This document shows, in pieces, positions 50,946 to 61,571 of a stretch of 64,000 bases of DNA. The position numbers were made by a program, and so were the translations under genes. How positions within the stretch are numbered: the stretch's first letter is position 1; each line of letters starts with the position of its first letter. The stretch spans positions 864,001 through 928,000 of the forward strand of contig CBDFJG010000003.1 of assembly GCA_965248445.1 (NCBI GenBank). The letters run 5' to 3'. The stretch is from Planctomycetota bacterium (GTDB lineage: Bacteria > Planctomycetota > JAJSAM01 > JAJVHW01). Below the pieces are notes generated by a model. That model saw only the letters and a program-made list of their open reading frames with translations, made no database searches and had not been told where the DNA came from.

Positions 50946-53900
50946 ACCGGTGGAAGCACCCTCGTCCGCGAGGGCGGGCATGCTACCCGAGGGCGCTTTG
51001 GCGGCGCTCGGGCCATCTGGTCCTCGCCGCAGGCTGGGCGGAGCGTAGCCGCGCCGGATGAGCTCGGCCTCCAGATCGTCGGCCAGGCGTCGGGCCGCCG
51101 TCGCCGAGACGTGGTCCCCGCCCTCCTCCACGGCCGCCAAATCTCGCAGCAGGCGCAGGAACAGGGGGTCCCGCGCCCCGGACGCCCGTAGGAGCCCCAC
51201 GGCGCGGCGCAGGAGCGGGCGTGCGTCCTCCCGTCGGCCTTGGTCGAGGGCGACACGCGCGCAAGCGGAGAGAGCCCGTGAGAGCGAACGAGGGCGGCCG
51301 CCCCGGGTCGCCAGGGCGAGCGCAGCGTCCGCCCGGTCGCGGTCTCCGGAGAGTTCTGCGGTGGTGGACAGCAACTCGACGCGTGCGCGCGGATTCACAC
51401 GCGGGTCCGTGAGTCCGTCGTGCGCGGCCGCAAGCACCGCAGCGGGTGGTCCGGCGGCGCGTGTGATCTCGAGCCGGGCGAGCACGATCGCCGTCGCGCT
51501 CTCGCCGTCTTCGACTCCCTCGGCGGCAGCCTCCGCTCGGGCCAGCAGAGTCCCGGGATCGCTCCCCTCTTCCCGCGCCCCGCGGAGCACGGCGGCGCGC
51601 GCACCGTGGGCGAGCGCGGACGCCGCACCTGCCGGATCGCCCTCCTCGTCCAGCGACTGCGCGGCGCGAGCCAGCGTCTCGGTCGCGCGCGCCGGCATGC
51701 CGGCGTCGAGTTCGAGCCGCCCTCGACTTGCCAGTGCACGCGCCACGCCACGGCGATCGCCGATGCGGCGGTGGATGATGCCGGCTCGCTCGTACGCGCT
51801 CAGCGCGTCAGCGCGGTGGTCCAGCGCCTCGTGGGCCTTCCCGACCTCGCGCCACGCCGTCCCAACCGCCGCCAGGTCTCCGATCTCCTGGCGACGGGCG
51901 AGAGCCCGCAGCCCCCAGCGCAGCGCGCGCGTCGTGCGACCGTCACGCAGGTTGGCCGCCGAGAGCACGGCGTAGGCATCCGCTCCCGCGATACGGTCGT
52001 TGGCATCTCGCGCGATGCGCAACGCTTCACGCGAGTGAGCGCGTGCCTCGGCCGTGCGTCCGGCCGCGGCGGCGAGCCGGCCCCGGAGAGCGTACGCGCG
52101 CCCGAGCGCGCGCCGATTCTCGCTGCTGCGCGAGGCCTCCTCGGCGCGCTCGAGATACGAGGCGGCAAGGACTACTTCGCCGCGGCGCTGGTGCAGCCCC
52201 GCGAGGTGCACGAGCGACAGAGCCACCTCGTCCCGCAGGCCGCGCTGCTCCCGCAGCGTGAGGCCGACGGCGTAGGCGTAGAGCGCATCCTCGTCGCGTC
52301 CGAGTGACGCGAGGACGCGTCCTAGCTTCGTGTGCGCGGTCGCGAGCACTCCCCTCTCCGGCCGGTGCGCGGGAGACTCGTCGATGACCTGCGTGTACGC
52401 GCGTTTGGCGCCCTGGAGGTCGCCTGCGAAGCGGAGCGACTCGCCGCGCTGCATCAACAACCGCGTCCGCTGCCGCCGCGTGGGCCGAACGTGGCGATCC
52501 TCGACCAAGGCGTCGGCGGCGCTCACCGCGCGGTGCGCTCGGCCGAACGCTTGCCGCCGTCCGAGACGCTGCGCGGCGCGCAGATACGCCTCGAACGCGT
52601 CATCGTGGCGGCCCGCACCCTCGAGGTGACGCGCGAGTCGGAGTGCGTCTCGACCTGCTGCGCTGGGCTTCGCCTCGAACGCCCTCGCGGCGTGCGCGTG
52701 GACATCCCGATACAGGTCCGCCTCGTCGACGCGCGTCATGCGCGCCAGCATCTCGGGCAGCATGGGCTCGCGGAACCGGATGCGCAGTCGTGCGCCTCCC
52801 GTCTCGCGCAGCACGCCCTCCCGTTCGAGGACGGAGAGCGCCTCATCAACGGTCGCGTCGTCCCCGTATGCGCCGCGCACGATCTCGGCATCGGTCGCGT
52901 CGCCGAGCGTCGCCGCGACCCGGGCCAGTCGCTGCGCGGGCGCCGAGAGGTGATCGAGACGGCGCACGATCAGCGCCTCGGCACCTGGTGGGACGATCTC
53001 CCGCAGGACTTCCGGCCGGAAGTACGTCGCCGCCGTCCACCGCCCGGCTCGGGTGGCGAGCAGCGGCTCGCCCGCCCGCCGCGCGGTGCGCAACCCGCGG
53101 ACGAGCTCGCCCACGAACAGCGGATTGCCGCCGGAGATCCGGTCGATCTCGTCGTACAGCCAGGGCGCCGACGTCGGGAAGTCGTTCGGCGACAGAGCCG
53201 CGTCGACGAGCTCGCGCACGGCCTCCCCGCCCAGCGGTCCGAGGCGGACGACACGCACGGGCGTGCCGCGCGCCGCCTCCTGCTCGACCAGTCCCCGGAT
53301 CTCGGCGGCCGCCGTGTCGTGTTCCACGGTCTCTCGCGCGGTCATCACAAGGAAGAGCGGGACGCCTTCGGCCGCGGCTGCCCGCAGCATCGCCAGCGCG
53401 ATCCGCGCGACCTCCATGTCGCGCTCCACGTCCTCGAGAACAAGCAGGAAAGGGCGCTGACGCGCGAGTCGAACCGCCAGACGCGCCCACATCTGGGCCG
53501 GACTCTCGCCGCGTGGAAGTTCGCGCCCGCGCAGTTCGGCCGTCAGGAAGTCGAGGAGTTCGGACTCTCCTCGAACTGCGCCGCCGAGCACAGATACGAG
53601 CTCCGCCGTGACTCCCGCTTCGTTTCGCGGCGCTGTTTCCGGTCGCAGCAGTCGGCGCAGTCCCTCGCGAAGCGCGCCGCGGACGTCTGCCCCTCGCGCC
53701 AGCGACCGCCCGCGCACGGCGCGAAAACCGGAGCCCTCGGCCGTGCGCCGCAACTCGCGGCCCATCCGTGTCTTGCCGGATCCGAGCGGACCCAGCACGA
53801 ACGCCGCGGCGGGACCGCTCCGCGCCTGCTCGAGCAGTTCGAGGAGCGTGGCGCGCTCGCCGGCCCGCCCGATGAGCGGCAGGCGGTTCTCCCCCGCCAC

Positions 53901-55299
53901 CGTGACCCTGAGTGGCTCTCCGCGCACGATGACCCGCGCACCGGACTCGTCGCGATACCAAGCCCGCGGTGCCGGCATCTTGAACGTGCCCTCACGAAGC
54001 GCTCGAACGTTCCACGAGACTCGGAGTGGCGCGCCCTGGGCCGTTGGCGAGACGCTACCGCGGAATCCGGAGCGGAATCCGGGTGGCCGCTCGAACGCAT
54101 TCGGATCCGGCGCTCGGTAAGGGACGACCACCTGCTCCACGGCATCCCTGCCGCTGTTGCCGAGGAGCAGAGTCAGGAGGATGCGGTCTCCGGGCGCCGG
54201 CGTTCGCGGGCGGATCTCGAGACCCTCGATGTGGATCTCGCCTGACCCGGTGCGGCCGAGGGTCGGCGTGGCTGCCGGGCTTCGCCGCGACGTCGGCGCG
54301 TAGCGAATGGCGTCTTCCGTCGCGTGCCCGCAGATCGAGCACTGCTCCCGAGGCGTCACCGTCTGCCATCCGCAGGACGGACAACTGAGCGCTCCCTCGG
54401 CCGCGACCCACAGCGCCGCGTCCTCACGTAGTTCGCTGAGTTCGCGCAGCACGACCCCGAAGTCGGACGGCCGATCGGCCGGGTCGCGCTCGAGACACGC
54501 TGCCACGAGCGACTCGAGCCCGGCGGGCGCGTCCTCACGCAGCGTGGAGACCAGCGGCGGTCGCTCACGGAGCACCCGCCAGACCAGTTGCGAGAGTGTC
54601 GTCGCGGGGAACGGAAGCTGACCGGTCAGCGCGTGGTGCACCAGGGCGCCGAATGCGTACACGTCGCTACGAACGTCGGCGCGCTGCGCGTCGCGCAACT
54701 GCTCAGGTGCGGCGTAGAACGGAGTCCCCGCGCCCAGCCCCTCACCGACGACTCCGTCTGGTCGATCGAGAGCGCGCGCGATTCCGAAGTCGCTCACCTT
54801 CGTCACACGGTGGCGAGTCAGAAACACGTTTTCCGGCTTCAGGTCGCGGTGAACGATGCGCGGACCGGTTCGTGTGACGCCATGCGCGTGTGCCATGCCC
54901 CACGCGATGCCGGTGGCGACGTCGACCGCGACCGGGATCGCCAGCCGGCCTTCGTCAACGATCGCATCTCCGAGCGTGGGTCCGTCGACGTACTCGAGGA
55001 ACAGGTAGGGGCGCTCCGTTCCGCCGGTCGCTATCTGCTCGAGGAACAACGCCTCCACCACGTTCTCGTGCTGACCACAGGGACAGCCACGTGCTGACCT
55101 CTGCGGCGAAGCGCGCGAGCGTCCCGCTGTCGAGATCGCGATCCAGCCGCGGAGTCTTCGCAGCCATGCGGCCGCCGGTCGCCGGGTCCGAGACGATCAG
55201 AACGTGCGCCATGGCGCCGTTCAAGACAGCGTCAATGCGCCAGCGGCCACCGAGAAGGTCGCCGGTTCGGAACGGTAGGACGAACGATGTCTCGGTCAT
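50511..55299 (-). CDS. Ser/Thr kinase - Zn ribbon - Ig-like - AAA ATPase - TPR protein, one-base frameshift near 55077
   Basis: AAK, HRDLKPEN, DFG, GTPFYAAPE; CPSC/CSIC; GPLGSGKT, LVLED, GGNPLF; TPRs; ATG 55299 overlaps the upstream stop. Confidence 0.8.
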
Positions 55300-56387
55300 G
55301 CACTCGCGGGACGACGCCGCGGCTCTCCGGCCGGTTGACGCGGGGCCGGCCGGAGCAGATTCCCGAGGATGGTCTGATAGGCCTCGCACGGCGTCCAGCA
55401 GTTCGGGCAGTCGCCGCGCGCGATCTCCCTCTGCAGCGCCTCCGTGCGCTCATCGCGCCACATCCCCAGGAGGTCGAAGTCCCGCTCGCGGAGACTACCG
55501 AGCGGCCGGTCGTACATGGAGCACGGATAGACGTTCCAGCGCGGATCTATGAAGACGGACGCCGACAGCGCCTTGCAGGGCAGCGGGTTCTGACCCGAGC
55601 GGATGAAGTCCTCGGAGAGGCTCTGGTAGCGACGCTCCAGCCACCCAACGGGATGGAAGCGGTGCCCCTTCTGCCGGAGGAACTCAGCGACGTCGCCCAG
55701 GGCGGCGGACTCCGTCCGCTCCATCTCTTCATTCGCGTAGTAGTGCGAAGACACCTGCGCCACGTTGACGTGGAATTCATCGAGCCGGATGTCGGGGATC
55801 TCGGCGCGCACGGCGTCGATCGTGGCGAACAGCGCGCCCTTGTTGAAGTTCGAGAGCGTCATGCCGAGGAACGCGCCAAAGCGGCCGGATCGCCGGCGGC
55901 GCAGGCGCGCGAACGTGTCGACGGCGCGGTCGAACGCGCCGTCGCGCCCCCGGATCTCGTCGTGCACGTCGCGCGGTCCGTCGAGCGAGACGGTGACCAG
56001 CAGCTTGGGGACACCCTGTTCCAGAATCGCGGCCACGCCGTGGTCGATGCGCTCCGGCTGCTGGCCAGTCGTGGGGAAGTCGAGCAGATAGAGATCCGGA
56101 CTGCCGTCGACAACCGCCGCGATGAGCTCCTCGGCGTCCGGACGCGTCCAGATCTCGCCACCAGAGAGGTTGATCCACGAGAAGTACGGGTTCTGTTCGA
56201 AGAACCGGCTGACCTCCGGCACCGTCATCGTCCCGGCTTTCGGGCGCTGCCAGATATTGCACATCTTGCAGCGCGTGTCGCAGCCGAACGTGACGATCAG
56301 CGTGAGCTTGTAGGGACGCGATCCGCGCGCGACGTTCGAGCGCAGCGCGCGCACACCCAGTTTGGCCATTCGTCCGATGCCGCTCAT
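55296..56387 (-). CDS. Radical SAM/SPASM protein
   Basis: CDTRCKMC, SGGE, VYPC, CPNCWTPC. Confidence 0.88.
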   Translation of the reverse strand: MSGIGRMAKLGVRALRSNVARGSRPYKLTLIVTFGCDTRCKMCNIWQRPKAGTMTVPEVSRFFEQNPYFSWINLSGGEIWTRPDAEELIAAVVDGSPDLYLLDFPTTGQQPERIDHGVAAILEQGVPKLLVTVSLDGPRDVHDEIRGRDGAFDRAVDTFARLRRRRSGRFGAFLGMTLSNFNKGALFATIDAVRAEIPDIRLDEFHVNVAQVSSHYYANEEMERTESAALGDVAEFLRQKGHRFHPVGWLERRYQSLSEDFIRSGQNPLPCKALSASVFIDPRWNVYPCSMYDRPLGSLRERDFDLLGMWRDERTEALQREIARGDCPNCWTPCEAYQTILGNLLRPAPRQPAGEPRRRPASA

Positions 56388-58036
56388 CTGTCCGCCCATT
56401 CTCGCAGGCGCGCGGCGAGATCGGGGTCCAGATGCGCGCGTACCAGCTTGATGAGGGTGTCGAGTCGAGCGTCCCAGAGGGGACGCTCGTTCACCGGAAG
56501 CTGCGGCGTGGGCTGCCTCAGCCAGCTCTCGAGAGTGTCTCGGGCTCGCGGGCGATCCTCCATGATGAGCGTCAGATACGCGGCGAGGAGCTGCGCGAGC
56601 GGCTGTAGTCCGGCGCGGTTCTCCTGGCGGTCGCCCGCGGCGTACAACGTGGCGGACGCGAGGTACTCGTCTCGCGCGCGCCGAAACAACAGGCCGCTAC
56701 CAGCGGGTTCTGCATCAACCGCTGCGGCCTCGAGCGCCTGCGCGTGGTGGAAGCGTGTCTTCGCGTCTTGCGGCGACGCTTTCACAGCCAACTCGAGGTG
56801 CGGCAACGCCTCCGCGGTGCGCCCGTCGCGCAGAGCGGTGAGCCCGAGCCAGTGAGCGGCTCGCCAATGCCCCGGGGCGGCCGCCGCCGTGCGCGTCCAC
56901 AGCGACGTGTCCGACCGGAACGCGGCACCCGCCGAGACGGCGAGGACGAGAAGCATGCCGGCCGCCAGCGCGACCGGCGCCAGCAGCGACGGACGGCGGT
57001 CGAGCGCACGCGCCACCACCCAACCAAGAGCGGGCAGGGCGAACAGAATGAAACGGTCCGCAACGCGGATGTTCAGCGGCACGACGAGTTGCACGAACAG
57101 TGTCGGAACGAGGGCGACCAGGAACCAGAGCGCAGGTCCCCGTGTCTCCTTGCGGAACAGCGCGATCACCGGGAGCAGCGCCGCGGCAGCGACCAGCAGT
57201 CGCGTGGCGCCGCGCGGCGGCCAAGGCATCTGCCAATCGAACACCGGACGCACCGGTAGCCAGGTGACCGCGAACTGGTGGCCGAGCATCCCGAACAGCT
57301 CTCCCGATTCGGGTGTTCCGGTCGGCAGACCGCCCTCCTGGAACGGCTCATCGAGCATGAGGTGCCGCACGACCACGAACGCGGCCGTGACGATGGCTGC
57401 GGCGACCGCGCGACGGCGCACGCTCGGCCACTCCCGCCCAGAGGCAAGGAGTGTGATCAAGACGAGAGCCGGCCACACCACGGCCTGCTCTTTCGAGAGG
57501 AGCGCGGCGGCGCCCAGCACGAGTGCCAGCGTTCCGCGCCCTCGCAGGTCGGCGAGCAGAGCGCCGAGAACGAGGGCGTACGCCATCAGATCTCCACGTG
57601 ACGACAGCCACGCGACGCACTCGGCCTGCACGGGATGCACCGACACGACCAGCGCGCCGACTGCCGCCGCACGGGCGTTCGCACTGAAGCTGCCGAACAG
57701 CATCGTCAGCAGGAACGCGCCCCACCCATGGATGAGAAGCGACACCGCGCGGGCGGCCCACGTCGCATCGCCGAACGCGGCGCGGTCCAGCGCGAACGAC
57801 AGCGTCCGCAACGGCCGCCACAGACCGGCGTGTGTGCCGTCCCCCGTCTGCACGCTGGGATCGGAGAACGCGCGCCAGAGGATCTCGGGAAAGCCGAGAC
57901 TCCCGTTCGACTCGATGAACCGGTGGTCGTCATAGACGTACCCGCCCGTCACGGTCGGCAGGAACGCGACGACGGCGATCACGCCCACCATGCAGGCCAG
58001 GCGGCCGAGCCGGCGGTTGCTGTCCTGGTCGATCAC
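56384..58036 (-). CDS. GT-C (TMTC-like) membrane glycosyltransferase with TPRs
   Basis: YVYDD, WRPL, HPVQAECVAWLSSR, LLSKE, ADRF; C-terminal TPRs. Confidence 0.8.
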   Translation of the reverse strand: MIDQDSNRRLGRLACMVGVIAVVAFLPTVTGGYVYDDHRFIESNGSLGFPEILWRAFSDPSVQTGDGTHAGLWRPLRTLSFALDRAAFGDATWAARAVSLLIHGWGAFLLTMLFGSFSANARAAAVGALVVSVHPVQAECVAWLSSRGDLMAYALVLGALLADLRGRGTLALVLGAAALLSKEQAVVWPALVLITLLASGREWPSVRRRAVAAAIVTAAFVVVRHLMLDEPFQEGGLPTGTPESGELFGMLGHQFAVTWLPVRPVFDWQMPWPPRGATRLLVAAAALLPVIALFRKETRGPALWFLVALVPTLFVQLVVPLNIRVADRFILFALPALGWVVARALDRRPSLLAPVALAAGMLLVLAVSAGAAFRSDTSLWTRTAAAAPGHWRAAHWLGLTALRDGRTAEALPHLELAVKASPQDAKTRFHHAQALEAAAVDAEPAGSGLLFRRARDEYLASATLYAAGDRQENRAGLQPLAQLLAAYLTLIMEDRPRARDTLESWLRQPTPQLPVNERPLWDARLDTLIKLVRAHLDPDLAARLREWADR

Positions 58037-58042
58037 GAGTGA

Positions 58043-59236
58043 CTACCCGGCGCCGGCTGCCGCGTGCTCTGTGTCGTGAGTCGTCGCGAGAATCTGCCGC
58101 GCGCGATCCTCGACCTCACCGACCGTGATGCCCAGGACGCACACCGGCATCCGACAGAGCGACGTCCGGTAGTTGAGAGTCGTCAGACAGGGGCTGCACG
58201 GCAGAGCACGGTAGAACGCGTGGCTGCCCGCGGAGAGCGGTCCATAGAGGCGGGGAGTGTTCGGACCGAAGATCCCCAGCACCGGCGTCCCGACCGCGGA
58301 CGCGATGTGCACGGGCGCCGTGTCGTTGGCGACCACGAGCGTCGCGCCGTCGATCAGCGCGGCCAACTCAAGGACGCCGAATCTGCCCGCGGCATCGAGC
58401 GCGCGATCTGGCCGCGTCATTCCGGCAACGACGCGGGCGGTGAGTGGCCGCTCCCCCGCGGTCCCCGTGACCACGACGAACGCGCCCTCCCGCGCCACCA
58501 GGCGGTCCGCCAGGGCGGCGAACGACGCGGATGGCCAGCGGCGTCCCTGGAAGTTGTCGCCGCTCCCGGGGTGGAGAACCACGACGGGACCCGTGCCATC
58601 CGACTCTTCCAGGACGCGGTCCACAAGCGCGCGTGCCGCGGTCGGAATCGGTGGTGCCATGACGCGGTAGGTCTCGTCCCGGACTCCCGCGGACCGAGCC
58701 AGGTCCATGTACGTCTGCGACATGTGCTGCATGTCGTCGAACCGAACCTGCTTGTGATACAGGCGCGTCCGGACGGAGTCCGGCGTGGCCAGGCCGATCA
58801 CCTGATCACTCCCGGCAAGCGCGGCCAGCACCACCGACGCGCGTGCAAACTGCTCGAAGTCCACCGCGACGTCCGGGCGCGCCCGCCGGGCACGCCACAC
58901 GGCCACGCAGAGCGACCAGACGAGCGACAGGGCGCCGCCGTCCCGGATGTAGATGCGCTCGTCGAGGTCGGCGCAGGCATCCAGCAACTCGCGGTTCCTC
59001 GCGAGCGAGACGAACACGATCTTGGCGTCGGGGCTGCGCTCGCGAATCAGTCTCACGATCGGCAGCAACAGCACGATGTTGCCCAGACCCCAGAACTTCA
59101 CCAACAGGATGGTGCGGGCGCGCACCGGCCGCTCGTCGCGGCTCACAAATCCGCGTAGCGTTCGCACGACCGCGATCGCGCGACAGAACACGGCACCGAG
59201 CCACCGATCGGCGGCTTTGGCGGCCGTGAGGTTCAC
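58043..59236 (-). CDS. GT9 glycosyltransferase (heptosyltransferase-like)
   Basis: KFWGLGN, LHPGSG...RRWP, NDTAPVHIA...IFGP. Confidence 0.88.
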   Translation of the reverse strand: MNLTAAKAADRWLGAVFCRAIAVVRTLRGFVSRDERPVRARTILLVKFWGLGNIVLLLPIVRLIRERSPDAKIVFVSLARNRELLDACADLDERIYIRDGGALSLVWSLCVAVWRARRARPDVAVDFEQFARASVVLAALAGSDQVIGLATPDSVRTRLYHKQVRFDDMQHMSQTYMDLARSAGVRDETYRVMAPPIPTAARALVDRVLEESDGTGPVVVLHPGSGDNFQGRRWPSASFAALADRLVAREGAFVVVTGTAGERPLTARVVAGMTRPDRALDAAGRFGVLELAALIDGATLVVANDTAPVHIASAVGTPVLGIFGPNTPRLYGPLSAGSHAFYRALPCSPCLTTLNYRTSLCRMPVCVLGITVGEVEDRARQILATTHDTEHAAAGAG

Positions 59237-60375
59237 AGCGCCGCCCGCCCGTTGCCGCGCTTCCGACGGCCCCGCTGCCACAAGAGGTTCAGCTCGGTGT
59301 GGCAGTTCCAGTAACACGCCCGGCAGTGCGACAGCGAGCGGCGGGCCGCGGCATACTCGTCCGACTTCCAGAGGGCGACGAGGTCCCGGCCACTCACCTG
59401 CCCGATCGGACGATCCACCTCCGAGAGCGGGACGCACGGGAACACGCGGCCGTACGAGTCCACAACCAGGGAGGTGTCCGGGGCGTGGCAGCGCAGAGGC
59501 GAAGGGCGGCCAGCGAAACAACGCGAGAACAGTCCGATGTACTCCGCGCTGTTCTCGATGATCGCGCGTTCTCGCTTGAGGCGCTTCAGTGTGGCGACTG
59601 CGGCCTCCATGTCCGCGGCCCACGGGCGCTCCGGGGCAACGGCGTCCAGTGCGTCGCCATCGCGGTACTCGTGCATGGGGATGAACCCGAGCGAGTCTGC
59701 GCCGAGTGACTCGACCAGATCGGCCACCGCCTCGACCTGCGACGCATTGTCGGGCGTCAGAACCGTCGTGACGCCAATGCGGGTACGACGCTGCCCGCCG
59801 CGGGCATTTCGATCGCGGGCGGCGGCCAGCGCCGCGACGCGGTTGGTGACGCGCTCGAACGACCCGCGGTGCGCCCGCAGCCGGTCATGGACTTCCGCCG
59901 TCGCGCCGTCCAGTGACACGTTCACCGAGTCGAGCCCCATGGCGGCGAGTTGGTCGATCAGCGCGTCATCGAGCAGGTGCGCGTTCGTGTTCACGTGCGT
60001 GACCATGCCCAGTGAGAGTGAGTACTCGAGCAACTCCGCGCAGTCCGGGCGCAGAAACGGCTCTCCACCGGTGAAACCGATCCCGGCGGTGCGCAGGTCG
60101 CGGAACGCGCGCAAGATGCCCTTCCACTGAGCCGTGTCGAATTCGCGGAAGCCCTCCTTGCGCCGCCGCACGAAGCGGTCGGGCAGTTCGCAGAACGTGC
60201 ATCGGTAGTTGCACGAGTACGAGAGGATCACCGTGCCGAGCAGCGGCCCGGCCGGTGCGTGACCCTTCCGGAACGGGACGAACGGACCGAGAGTCTTCAG
60301 ACCCGCGTCGAGTACCGCCGCCCAGCCGCCGCTCGCGAGGCGGGACCGCACGACATCCAGGTACTGCTTCCTCAC
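59233..60375 (-). CDS. Radical SAM/SPASM protein
   Basis: CNYRCTFC, TGGEPF, VFPC, CRACYWNC. Confidence 0.88.
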   Translation of the reverse strand: MRKQYLDVVRSRLASGGWAAVLDAGLKTLGPFVPFRKGHAPAGPLLGTVILSYSCNYRCTFCELPDRFVRRRKEGFREFDTAQWKGILRAFRDLRTAGIGFTGGEPFLRPDCAELLEYSLSLGMVTHVNTNAHLLDDALIDQLAAMGLDSVNVSLDGATAEVHDRLRAHRGSFERVTNRVAALAAARDRNARGGQRRTRIGVTTVLTPDNASQVEAVADLVESLGADSLGFIPMHEYRDGDALDAVAPERPWAADMEAAVATLKRLKRERAIIENSAEYIGLFSRCFAGRPSPLRCHAPDTSLVVDSYGRVFPCVPLSEVDRPIGQVSGRDLVALWKSDEYAAARRSLSHCRACYWNCHTELNLLWQRGRRKRGNGRAAL

Positions 60376-61361
60376 CGGAACCTCTTGGAGACCGACGGGT
60401 GCTCATACTCGCCGCAGCGTGCGCAGAGATCCGGGAACGCGCGCGCAGCGTGCGCCGCGCGGATCTCCCGCATGCGCTCCCCGTTCCAGATCTCGGTGAG
60501 ACTCTCCTCGCGTGCATCCCCGACCGCGAGCGTGCCCTCGCTGTCGACGCAACACACGGTTGCGCGCCCGTCCCAGAGCACCACGAGCGTGCCGCGCCAC
60601 AGCTCGCGGCATGGCGTCGTGCGTCGTTCCGCGACGATGCGCGGGATCGCCTGGACGCGGTCGGCGATGCCTTTCCAGTCCGCGAAGTACGTGTCGAGTG
60701 CGCCCTCCGTCGCCTGATCCACGACCATCGAGATGTCGATGCGCAGGCGGGAGCCGGCTGCGTCGCGATCGTGGACCAGAGCGAGGATGTCCTCGCGCAG
60801 GACGCTCAGGTCGTAACCTCGGATCGCGTGATGCGTCGCGTGGTCTCCGTCGACGGAGAACGTGATCCGTTCGAGTCCGCACTCGAGCAGGCCGACCCTC
60901 TTCGCCGGGTCGAGATGTGTGCCGTTCGAGGTGATCATCGTCCGCACACCGCGATCCGCGGCATAACGCGTCAGCTCGAAGAACTGCGGGTGGAGAAGCG
61001 GTTCTCCCCACTGGAACGCGAGCACGAAGTCGAGTTGCGGGTTCTCATCGATCACCCGCCTGAACAGCGCCGGATCCATGTAGCCCTTGGGACGCCGCAT
61101 CGTCGTGTTGACCGGGCAGATCGTGCAACGCAGGTTGCAGTGATTGGTCAGCTCGAGGTTGACGCTGGACAGAACGTGCGAGCGCGGACTGCGCCGCCGG
61201 AACGCGATCTCGTTCCGCACGGCGTTGTGAACGGAGCCGAGGTTCGGGAACTTCACCTCGAGTAGCTCGCGCACGTCGGGCTTGCGCAGGTAGTAACGCG
61301 CGCCGACCGAGGCGATCAACCCCGCCACCGTGCGTTCGAGCCGTCCGGCCTGCCTAGGCAT
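60372..61361 (-). CDS. Radical SAM protein with SPASM/twitch domain
   Basis: CNLRCTIC, WGEPLLHP, PC...VCC...CARC. Confidence 0.88.
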   Translation of the reverse strand: MPRQAGRLERTVAGLIASVGARYYLRKPDVRELLEVKFPNLGSVHNAVRNEIAFRRRSPRSHVLSSVNLELTNHCNLRCTICPVNTTMRRPKGYMDPALFRRVIDENPQLDFVLAFQWGEPLLHPQFFELTRYAADRGVRTMITSNGTHLDPAKRVGLLECGLERITFSVDGDHATHHAIRGYDLSVLREDILALVHDRDAAGSRLRIDISMVVDQATEGALDTYFADWKGIADRVQAIPRIVAERRTTPCRELWRGTLVVLWDGRATVCCVDSEGTLAVGDAREESLTEIWNGERMREIRAAHAARAFPDLCARCGEYEHPSVSKRFR

Positions 61362-61571
61362 ACGCGCCTTCTCCGCTCATCTCCTCACCCATTCCAACAA
61401 CCCGTCCAGCACGAACAACCGGTCCAGCAAGACGGGGCGCGTGCCGTCGGCGCGCGCCCCGCGATCTCACTCCGGCGAGCAGCCCGCATGTCACGGACCG
61501 TATCGCACTGTTAGCCCCATCCGCGTCAGCGGATGGGCCAGATGATTTTGCTACTGCAACTCCACGGACCC

